Of a stretch of DNA of 64,000 bases, positions 51,201 through 60,542 are shown in pieces. Made by a program: the position numbers and the translations under genes. The stretch lies in contig OZ249445.1 in the NCBI GenBank assembly GCA_965235115.1, positions 19,158,001-19,222,000 on the forward strand. Reading direction: 5' to 3'. Source of the stretch: Laetmonice hystrix (Eukaryota). Position 1 is the stretch's first letter, and each line of letters starts with the position of its first letter. The notes under the pieces were generated by a model. That model saw only the letters and a program-made list of their open reading frames with translations. It was not told where the DNA came from and did not search any database.

Positions 51201-54200
51201 TAGGAGCCTATCGCTGAACTGAACTGGAAATCAGGCCTCTAAAGCCTAAAGAAAATTGGTTTGGAGATTGCCAAAGTGTAAATAGTTACATCACAAGACA
51301 CATTTGGCCAACAGGCGGATCATTTGGAGATTCAGGTAGGCCTGCTATAGCCGTAATCATGTCGTAGAGGTACCCTGTCCTTGTGTTGCCGTTGGCTTAT
51401 CTTTTCTTCTGTTTTAAATTGTTTATTACCTATAACATAACTTTGTACAAGTATGAAGGGACTAAAGAATCTATCTATTCTAAAAGTGCATAGATAGAAA
51501 GCGATGCCTATGATTCATGTTTCCACTCCGAGCCAGCCAATTAAGGCTCCATGCCTGCTCTGTACGAAATGGTTATAAGGATGTTTTCCCTGTAATTTCT
51601 GCAAGAGATTTGTGGCTTACCCCCCACTTAATCACATTATTTCAGTGTTAGCCTACCTGACCTTTATGAGACCTGGGGAGGTCGGTACTGTATGCTAATA
51701 GGGCTCATCCACTATGTCGCAGGCCCCTCCACTATTAACGATCTGATCGCTAGAGGCAAGCGATCAGATCTTTAATCGCTACCGATCGCTTAGAATATTA
51801 AAAAACTTAAATATTGAGCGATTGGATCGCTAGTTGCTTGATGATGCCTTGATCGCTTGGGCCCTGCGATAGAGTGGATGAGCCCTATTAGATAGACCCG
51901 TCCCTCGTAATGAGCCGTCCATAAATTTCGTAACGCTCAGAAGGGGGTGGGGGTGGGGTTGTACATATATGTCCAAGCGTTACGGTCCATTATAACGCCC
52001 CATTGAAAGCGTTATGGGGGAGGTCGGATTTTGGTCAGAATAGCGTTATGTAATTTATGGACGGCCCCAAATTAGTAGGCCTAATGGGACTTTGACTCTA
52101 TAGCATCACAAAAACAAAGTGAAAATATAACAATGTGCTAATTAAATAGTGATTGGTGATTTCTCTTAATTAAAACATTTTCGTGGTAGTAACTGAAAAG
52201 AAATAATACCACGACTAACAATGTGAAATAAAAGATAACCTGGGCCCTAGAATAAGCCAGGATAAACTAGGCCTACATGCACATGCCAGCACTTGCAATT
52301 AATTGATGTCATGCACGAAGTAAACCCTAGGACGAGAAGAAGAAAAATACAGGGTATTACCAAGCATTTGATAAACGTCGAATCCACCAAAGTTTTGGGT
52401 CAAACGTAAGTCGCCATTAGTACAAAGTTTGACGTAACATTGCCGCTTAGATTTATGAAAGTTGATGACATTAGCTCCTTGGTTCATCATATATTGCATA
52501 CAGCCCTCAAGGTCGAGCCCACGTGTCCCGTTAACATGGAGACATCGACTGGCCAGGCCACGTATCAGCGGATAGACCAGTATGAAATCATAGCCACACC
52601 CTACACCAGAGAGAAAACAAAACACTTTTAATAACCACTTCTAATCAAATGAAGCCATGCAGGCCTATAATAATTACACATCGATGTAGGTGCCTAAAGG
52701 TGTGCCATTTTAACTGTCAATATGAAACATTTAGGGGTAGGAGCCTACAAACTCTTGTAGGCATCCGACACGCTAATTAACTGAAGACAGTTTTTTACTT
52801 TTTACAGGGTGGTGGTGATGGTGGTTGCTTTCACCCCTCCAACACATTGATGACGTAATTGGTAAATATAATAGAGGGCAGGAGGAGTATATCATAGCGA
52901 CAAGGCCATTAAATGGTCGAGATGAAATGGGGAAATTGCTTAGGTACGCCTAGCCTACAGGAGAAACTCCTATGCCCCAATATAGGCCTAGCGACTATCA
53001 GGACTTGGAGTAATACAGGAAATATATTTAGACCTAATCTGATGTTTCTGCAATATGTGTAAATGTCTACAGAGCATTTAGCATGTCGTACAACGATTGC
53101 CCACAAAGTTAACGTAGATTCACAGCAAAAAGAAAAAGAAAGCAAGCCATATGAGTGAGAAACAACCAGCAGAATGTATAAAATAATACCGTTATCAACA
53201 GGGAATCTTCGGATGCACGTCTCGCATTTGATCGTTGTGGGGCAGAAGAAAATGGGGAGTTCTGGTTCGAGCGTCACATTCTCTGCGGAAGTTGTTGTGA
53301 CGTCATACGTGGTTGTGGTTTCTAAGGCTGTCGTCACGGTTGTGTTACTGCTCGTGACGTTAGAATACACATCCATGTCTGTCGTTGTTAGAGTCTCCAT
53401 CGTAGTGGGAACTGCATACATAAACGAATCATTTGTAGGCCTACCTTGACAGATGGGTTACGGCACTCAGTTATCAAAGTCAGAGGGTGATCAAATTTAG
53501 GCAGGTATTGTATCTTAAAAAATGAACTCGAACCCCCATTACAGCTTAAAGTATTAGCCACCCCCATCCCTACCTTATGGATGAGAAAGAACAATTCATT
53601 GCAGAGGGTTTACACAATGTTGCAAGAGAAAAGACATAATGTCTGTAATATTGGCCTAGTCAGGGGAACAATCTCTTATAGGTGTAAATATCTAGGCCCA
53701 CATTAGGCTTATGTCTCATTCGTTACTCACCATACTCGGGTATGATCTCAGTATTCGTTACTCACCATACTCGGGTATGATCTCAGTATTCGTTACTCAC
53801 CATACTCGGGTATGATCTCAGTATTCGTTACTCACCATACTCTGGTATGATCTCAGTATTCGTTACTCACCATACTCGGGTATGATCTCAGTACAGTTTT
53901 CTGTCAGAAGAGTGATGTTGTCAATCATGACGTATGTGAAGTAAGGATCACCAATGACGGCGCTCCAGATGAGTTTGAGGGTGTCATTGGGCAGCATGAC
54001 ATGGGTATAGTTCCACTGGCCTTGGCCTTCACCATACAGAGAGCAGACGTGTTGGCGGCTCTGAAAGTAGCCAATTTATTCGGTCAGAAATCAAAACCAT
54101 TAATTTGTGAACATTGCAAAGTTGGAGCAGTAGGCCTAGGCCTATCTGCTAATAAAAAAAGGATAGACATAGAATATGCTATTATATTTATACTTTTCCT

Positions 54201-57200
54201 TTGGCGGGAAGCATAATGTTAAAAGACGATTTTCTAAAATACCATACTGCAAAGAAACATGGATTCCCAGCTGATTTTGTTACCGTAAATCGGGAAGGTC
54301 CGGTTTGTATATAGACGTCGAGGGTACTTGGTGCCGACAGGTAGTAGTGGAAGCTGACGCAGGCGTTGGCTGTGAGGTGGACGGGTGGGGAGATGAGGGT
54401 AGCCACATCACCATCACGGGTGTTGGCTGTCTGCGCCCTGACTACTGACTGGCCGTCCCCTGGATAATACCAACCAGACACCACACCTTGTATAACTCAG
54501 TCTCTATCGCCATGCTTTGTCATGGATAGTGGTGTTGCAATTGAGGTTTTACGCCAGGGGTAACAGCCAAACATAGAAAGACGGTTCGTTTGACTGGTGA
54601 AGGAAACCAGAGAACCCGGCGAAAACAAAATATTTTGTAGCAAGTGTGGCGTATTTATAAAATGATGACACGGGATGCAACACTCTTAACGGGGTTCCAT
54701 GGATTACCGTAAAAGGGAGCATATATTCACATATATTGGGAGCAGCACGACCCACTCCAGTACCAGTGCTGAACCTTTTCACATAGAAAGTATTTTGATG
54801 CCAGGATATTATAGAAATGGATTGGATCGTGAGAGAATCACCTGTATGATAGTGATCCCATGACACTCGAGAATCAGGGCTCGTCGTGTATCCACACATC
54901 ATCCTGTCGTCAAAGCCACATGACATGTCTTCACTGAAATCTACAGAGTTGGATGAAAATTAGGGAGAGTCAGAATATGAGGGACGAGGAGTGGGCATGA
55001 GGGGGGGGGGGGGGGGCAAGGAGGGGATGGTGTATGTTTGGTTGAAACCTTTCAGGCATCCCCTTTACCCCCCCCCCCCCCACCCCCCGATCTAACACTG
55101 TCCTGAGACAGGGTTCTTCTGAATCATCAAAGGAAACTTGATACAGGGTATGGATGAGTAGTTGCTTTAACAAAAACTGACCAAATATCTAAGGCTTAGT
55201 TCAAAAGCATTTTCTTGCAGGCCTCAGTTTAAATGAAGGATAGGGGGTGTAGATTACACGTACTGCAAGGACGAAGTTCGTCACTAAGGTCCCCACAGTT
55301 ATCGACTCCGTTGCAGAGTTGATCACGTGATATACACTGACCATTGTCGCAGGCAAATTCCACGTCTCGGCATTCTAGTTGGAAGAGCAATTCACTTATA
55401 ATTATTCCTTACGTATATCGAATTTAAAAAGAATAAAATGTAGAAATGTCTATGCTTTTCAAAATTCAATAGTCATAATTAGGAAGATTATCATATTGTG
55501 CTAAACTGAAATTCGTCCATCGGAGAAGGAACATTGACATACCTGGCATTTTTTCGTAAAATGGGCAGGGCCCTATTATTGCATGGCTATATTACTTATT
55601 TTGGGTTATTTGTGGGAGGGAAGCCAACATAATAAAGTAACATTTACGACAGGGCGGGATGTGGCAGTAGTCCCTCCGACCCGTGTCCAAGTCAGTAAAA
55701 CACCAGGGTCCGCGAGTGTCATCGTCAGGGTTACGACAGAAGTTCTCCTGATGGGGCAACATGTGGCGGGTTAGTTCGGGGCTCTGGGACCGCCAGATGA
55801 GACTCTGCAGGAAGCTGGGCACGGCATCCCATCTATAAAACATAAAGACACGTCATCCAGCAGAGGTCCACGGATTGGTATTTTCTTGGGATACTTCAAT
55901 TTTAAATCCTTGATGCCTTGGGGGCGATTTTCAGTACATGGAATTGTTTTCAATGTTTGCTTGCTGTCCAAAGGTTATTGTGAAAAGAGGTATGGACTAC
56001 CTTTGACATGTCCTATTTGATTTGCTGATGGCTAAGGTCCCAGAATAACCTTTCCCCGATGATGTTTCCTTGCAGTATATATCTGGAAGGACAAAGCGTC
56101 ATTTGTATAGCTTCAGATAATATCTTTGACGGCTAGGGTTATATATGTTTATTCCGCTGCCCCGAGCCATAATGGTTAACTGTTTATCCAAAGTTCTGCT
56201 GCCAGTATGAACATTCCCTTCGAACAAAGGCTTGAGGGTGATGTCAGAAGGGCACCCTGACCACAAGGAGTACCTGCTCGTAAAGGGGGCACTTTTTCAC
56301 CATAATTATTGGGGAGGCGGGGGAGGAGAAGATGATATATGATGGCAAGATGTTTCAATTCCAACAGTATATCATTTAGGTGCATCTTGGGCCTACGTGC
56401 AGACACGAAATAATGATAATTTTTCACTGTACCTCTCCTACATTCACCGATGTAAATGTCGTCAATGGCAACATTCAGAAGGTCGGAGTCTTTCGTTGTG
56501 GAAGCTTCCACGACTAACCGGAAGTAGCCGTTTGGTAGTTTTTGATAGCCTCGTTCCCACTCCGTGTTGGTGCCAGCCCCAGAGCGGGACCAGACGGTCG
56601 TCAGAACGTTCTTGGTGGTTTTGGTCCTGATGTTAAGGGTCCCGCCGCGGACTTGGTAATAGAAACTAACGCAGGTTGAACTGGAGGAGAGAATGTATGG
56701 GGACACTATGTGGGCGGCGCTATCAGGCTGGTTGAATTTGGTGGCAGCCAGCAGATATGTTCCTCTACCTAGAATACAAAATGGAAATCATTTTGTAAAT
56801 GAGAGGTTTTCGTTTACCTACCTTGTTGACTTGACAATAATGGACCTAGGTGGGGGGGGGGGGCAAACGCCATGAGGGGCCCGGGCACAGAAAGGTTTTT
56901 TATTTTAGCAAATTAGTGTTTAGTGTTACTTCACCTGACATCTGGGTGTGGTCAAACTCGGGGTATCTTTGGCCAAGTCGTTCCTCTTCGTTAACGAGTT
57001 TCCAGGACATAGATTGCTGAGAGTCCTGAACAAAACTACAAAGGTCGTCCTCAAACCGGCAGCTGGCCCGTGTCTGAACTGTGGTAGAAATATCATAGTA
57101 CCTGACCACATTCGGATAATTATACCTTAATCCCCCACTTACCTGTCCTATTCGCGAAGTGGCCGAAAATTGCCTAAGTCCGAAAAGGTACTACATTGGG

Positions 57201-60200
57201 CGGGGGTAACAATTAATAATAACAGAACAGCCCTATCAAAACCTCTGTCATTGAATAGGACATGCTGAGCTGTTTAAAATTTGAATTTTTATGCGCTAGG
57301 GAATAGGACAGGTAAGTGGGGGTATGTACTCTAGTTATTACGTCTCTTGGTATGCAAATATATGAAAGCTGTACAAAACCTGAACTAACTTGGAAAGATA
57401 TATCTTGAAGGCCAACAACCTTGGTAACGTATCACTGTTCTCACGGTGGCTTTGCTCGACTTACCTTGACACTTCTTTCTGTGAAAATAGTCGACATAAA
57501 GCAGAGGAACGAGCTTTGCGTCTGATGACGTCATATCTAAGGGTGTGACGAAACACTGGCGGTCTCGTCGGTCGTAGACGACCGAGCAGCAGGAGTCACC
57601 ATGCTGTGTGAGACAAACATGGCGGCACACCTGGGCCGACACGTCCCGGTATGACGCCAGCGGCTCCTCCAGACCAAGTAACCATTGGTTACGGTGGACG
57701 AGAAAACCCGTCTTCCACGACTCTGTATGTCATAACATAGAGAACGGTGGGGTGGGGGGTTTAGGGGGCAAGAGGGGCGACTTCTCCGGGACCAGGGCTT
57801 CCCAAGAGCCTGGAGTTTTGAGACTTGCTTTCTGTAATGGGCAAGGAACCCGGTGTAACAGTTTCAAGCCCCCCCCCCCCCCATTCAACAAGTGACATAA
57901 CTATTAACCCTGACCCCTAATTATTCTGTTATTTTGTCATTTGAAACTGCATGGAAGGGGTCATTCGAACCTCAGAGGGGCTCATGACCGGGGGAATGTT
58001 GAATGGGGGTGGGGGGGTGGGGGGGTATTTGGGGTTTTACGCCTTGCAACAGCCAGGGTCATATCACGGCGGTGAAGATGAGATGAAAGTCAGTTTTTCT
58101 TGGTGGAGGAAACCGGAGTACCCGGAGGAAACCACCGACCTTCGGGAAGGAACTGACTGACAAACCTTTCACACATGCAGCCCAGGCCGGGAATCGAACC
58201 CGGGTCGCAGCGGTGTGAGGCGATGGTCCTAGGTGTCATGATGGAGCCGACACCTTAGACCACTCGGCCACCCGAGGCCCCGGGGGGGGGGGGCACATCA
58301 AACCTAATACACAGGTCTGTACTAAATGATGTCCCCTGTTTTTCGGTGATGGTTTCAGGATGGTAGGATATCAAGAAATCGAACTTCAAGTGAGGCCATT
58401 GATAATGAACTACAGTTAATAGTCTGGAACTGTTTAGCTGTTAGGGCTAACCTGTTGGCCGTATATTATTATTGGAAGGACTGCCCGCCCTACCTTCCTG
58501 GTCCTCCTGACCTCGACCCCTGCCTTGTAACTTCATAAAACTTTCCTCCACGATGTCGTGGAGCCCCAGCTTGTGTGTCGCAGACATCCTGGATAAAAGG
58601 ATACCATAAACGTTCAGGCATGAATGTTCTTTAACACGGCTAAAATTTATTGTATCCTATCCTCCTCATCCCTATATCCCTAAGAAATGGAGCAAATTAG
58701 ACTGGAAAACACAAGACCATCAGCATCAGGATTACTTGAGCTTCTTAAACAACCCCCAGAGGCCGTGAAGAAGATACCTGAAGACATTCTGGTTGCAGAT
58801 TGTGACGGCGGGGAAGCCGACAGAGTCAGTGTAGATAACCTCCACGTCGACAGCCTTGGGGTAACTGTACAGGTAGACCAGACGATCCGACATGAACCAG
58901 AAGAAGAAACTGGTCGCCAGTAACACCACGAACGTCCAGAGAACCCTGAAATATAGAGTGGGCGTGGCTCTACCGTAATGGGCGTGACACTCTATACTAT
59001 AGTCGGAATGAAATTAATATACAGGAATTATTATATAGGATTTGGGCGATATGGTTCATATAGAGATACAAGGAAGGGAAGCCTTCAGAGAAGTTATTTA
59101 AGAATGCAGAATTTATCATCGGGGTTCGTTCTACAGCATGTGTGGAGAAGGTTATATTTAACCAGCGTTCAGGTATCAGATAGTTGCCATTTATAGGGTG
59201 AATGTATCATCTCATATATTAGTTGGCCATCAACAGACGATTGTAGCGATTCTGAAGAATGAACATGGGCTGTACCCGTGTTATTGTTTGTTACTGTGTG
59301 TGTTCTCCAATTGTTTGGGGACCTTGGGACGATCAGCTTTGCTCGATATGTTCCCACGGTCAACATGACAGACGCACACGCTGTTGGACCATGTGATGTG
59401 GATGCAAAACTGACAATTAGCAATGCACATTGCGCCGTTCAGGCACGCAGGACATATGCTAGAGCCACAAAATTATGGCCATACGATATTTGTGGTATAG
59501 ACTGTGAAGATATGTACAGGTGTAGTTGGTTGTGTTTTATGTTACTTTTAGCGCTTTAGATCTGGATTGTTCTCTCGGACTAATAGGCCCACTTTGACAC
59601 ATCATTCCAACTGATGGCTTTGCTAATGGTGCATTTGATAATCGTGTGACTGGCTTTTCTTGTAGGAGTTCCATCAAACGCTAACGAGTTGTATGCCAGT
59701 ACATCCGCGCCTATATGTGCAGCGTGCATGTATATGACAGTTGTATGATGTTACTGGGCGGCAGGACGAGCCGTTTGTTCCCGGGGGAGGGACTTGTATT
59801 TAGATATGTGTTATTGATTGGAAACCTGTTGATGGCGGAGACGGGGACGCATCATGTTCCGCCTCTATGGGATTCCTGGTTGCAATGATTGGGGAGAAAC
59901 TCGGGCTGCACTCCCGTGGTATTAAATGATTACAAAATGGGTTCGGCGGAACGAAGTAATTGTAACAATGGCGCGCCATGCTGCACCAATGTTATTAGTC
60001 TCCTATTTGATGCCACAGAGGATTAAAACCCGCAACCCGTTACCCATAAAAGCGCAGTATCGTACGTGCGTTATAGTTTTAGTATGTGCTTAACTGTTCT
60101 GTTTCATGGTATTCATAATTCTCCTTGTGAATAAAAATCACCAATTTACACAAAGGTAAACTAGGAAGACCTAATTTTGAAGGTTGTAACCTATGGTGTA

Positions 60201-60542
60201 ACATATAACCTATGGTGTATATAACATACAAGGCTAGACAAGCCAGGATATAGCAGAGGGTGAGCCACCCCCCGGTAACCATAGCAATAACCCTTTTATG
60301 AACGAATTATAATATAGATCCTCGTTCAGGTTGATGAACCAGATTATACCTTTAAAAATGAAGTTGAGCGATGAGGGCGCTGATGATCACGTGATGTGAG
60401 TAACTTACCGTCTGGACACGTAGGGTGTGTCTGCCGTGATGTAACGGACCCCATGGAACGTGGTGTCCTGGGTGAACTGGAAGACCAGGGACGCCCACGA
60501 TTTCTTCACCCCGTTCCCTGAATCAGTGGCCGCGGTATACAT
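41520..60542 (-). CDS. Giant DEG/ENaC (ASIC-related) channel subunit with multidomain extracellular inserts, ~2090 aa, 33 exons (5' end uncertain)
   Basis: Exons in transcript order: 60542-60409, 58945-58778, 58588-58494, 57722-57465, 57078-56935, 56768-56433, 56082-56001, 55832-55648, 55374-55264, 54940-54842, 54486-54284, 54060-53871, 53411-53190, 52600-52361, 50245-50045, 49811-49467, 49119-49003, 48586-48348, 48242-48134, 47870-47760, 47406-47269, 47047-46981, 46576-46461, 46273-46191, 46000-45902, 45410-45254, 45102-45046, 44710-44492, 44285-44059, 43709-42798, 42472-42249, 42058-41967, 41815-41520. Total 6276 nt, all GT-AG, one continuous frame. Hallmarks: TTFHG, FPAVTICN, CYTFN, GLSLTLNIEQYEY, GFAIPPG, 14 conserved ectodomain Cys, GDVGGFMGLLLGGS. 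Confidence 0.82.
42249..44285 (-). CDS. Large Leu/Glu/Lys-rich, probably helical insertion in the knuckle region (3 exons, including a 912-nt exon)
   Basis: Exons 44285-44059, 43709-42798 and 42472-42249 splice in frame between the post-thumb strand and DNFLAMDVYF. No recognisable named domain. Confidence 0.75.
44492..47406 (-). CDS. DEG/ENaC ectodomain core (end of finger, beta-ball, palm, thumb)
   Basis: IYMRAAHQGDDFIFQCEWEGEECS...DYGVCYTFN; GSRFGLSLTLNIEQYEYMSGPQSDAGIK; VFLH...GFAIPPGTHTLV; PWGEC...CIRECET...CQCR; CECPKPCEQTVY. Confidence 0.92.
45192..45247. repeat. (GA)n microsatellite immediately behind a DEG/ENaC donor site
   Basis: Directly visible. Confidence 0.97.
46628..46900. repeat. 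46-bp minisatellite, ~6 copies
   Basis: Unit CCCTCACTAACATTGTATACAGTATGTTTGTGCTATTGTTCACACA. Confidence 0.95.
47760..47870 (-). CDS. LDL-receptor class A repeat 2 (degenerate acidic motif)
   Basis: CSEEETTCSSRFACIPLRFECNGMPNCHMAEDEDC; phase 1-1. Confidence 0.8.
48134..49119 (-). CDS. MAM domain 4 (3 exons)
   Basis: FNCTFEPDDYCGY...WTR; GGYYL...SCLQFYFF...VWS...WHFAQ|VDL..GYYRLVFE...GGIDDV...GDC. Confidence 0.85.
49467..50245 (-). CDS. MAM domain 3 (2 exons)
   Basis: ISCSF..RCACGY...W; YYI...LLSP...CLTFQY...WHTAS...YGVVFEF...GIDEVSLRSGLC. Confidence 0.8.
51698..51888. mobile_element. MITE
   Basis: TIR ATAGGGCTCATCCACT.T.TCGCAGG / CCTGCGATAGAGTGGATGAGCCCTAT. Confidence 0.7.
51913..52068. 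mobile_element. Harbinger-like MITE
   Basis: TIR GCCGTCCATAAATT.CGTAACGCT / AGCGTTATGTAATTTATGGACGGC. Confidence 0.65.
52361..52600 (-). CDS. Second PAN-like domain exon
   Basis: GCGYDF...CLH...LEGCMQYMMNQGANVINFHKSKRQCYVKLC...GGFDVY; phase 1-1. Fold assignment is from the Cys/aromatic pattern only. Confidence 0.6.
53190..53411 (-). CDS. Thr-rich mucin-like spacer exon
   Basis: PTTMETLTTTDMDVYSNVTSSNTTVTTALETTTTYDVTTTSAENVT..., with several NxT sequons; phase 1-1. Confidence 0.7.
53719..53893 (-). repeat. 35-bp tandem repeat x5 containing an exon end plus GTGAGT donor
   Basis: CGTTACTCAC recurs at 53721, 53756, 53791, 53826, 53861. Confidence 0.95.
53871..54940 (-). CDS. MAM domain 2 (3 exons)
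   Basis: SCGFDDRMMCGY...W; ATLISPP...CVSFHYYL; GQWNYTHV...VMIDNITL...C. Confidence 0.8.
55264..55374 (-). CDS. LDL-receptor class A repeat 1
   Basis: CRDVEFACDNGQCISRDQLCNGVDNCGDLSDELRPC; phase 1-1 exon. Confidence 0.9.
55648..56082 (-). CDS. Kringle domain (2 exons)
   Basis: C...GKGYSGT.AISKSNRTCQR|WD...ENFCRNPDDDTRGPWCFT...DYCHIPPC. Confidence 0.9.
56433..57078 (-). CDS. MAM domain 1 (2 exons)
   Basis: SCRFEDDLCSFVQ...W...DHT...G.GTYL...IVSP...CVSFYY...VWS...W...FRLVVEA...VAIDDIYI..C. Confidence 0.85.
57465..57722 (-). CDS. PAN/apple domain exon (insert module 1)
   Basis: VSAQVCRHVCLTQHGDSCCSVVYDRRDRQCFV fits the PAN Cys pattern; phase 1-1 exon. Confidence 0.75.
58030..58281 (-). mobile_element. 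tRNA-derived SINE (degenerate relatives at ~48905, ~49280, ~54545)
   Basis: Minus strand begins GGGGCCTCGGGTGGCCGAGTGGTCTAAGG (A box) ... GGGTTCGATTCCCGG (B box), followed by a body with a GGTGGAGGAAACCGGAGTACCCGG motif (as read on the + strand) that I recall from widespread invertebrate SINEs. Confidence 0.85.
58494..60542 (-). CDS. DEG/ENaC N-terminus: HG gating motif, TM1, beta1-beta2 and start of finger
   Basis: (MYTAATDS)GNGVKKSWASLVFQFTQDTTFHGVRYI...RVLWTFVVLLATSFFFWFMSDRLVYLYSYPKAVDVEVIYTDSVGFPAVTICNQNVFR. The ATG at 60542 is in frame, but an acceptor at 60517 could link to an upstream exon instead. Confidence 0.9.

Noticed and set aside
47760-57722. Module exons as a separate nested MAM/LDLa gene
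   Set aside because: No start, signal peptide, TM segment or stop; both ends are phase-compatible with the flanking channel exons. Retained only as the refutation scenario.
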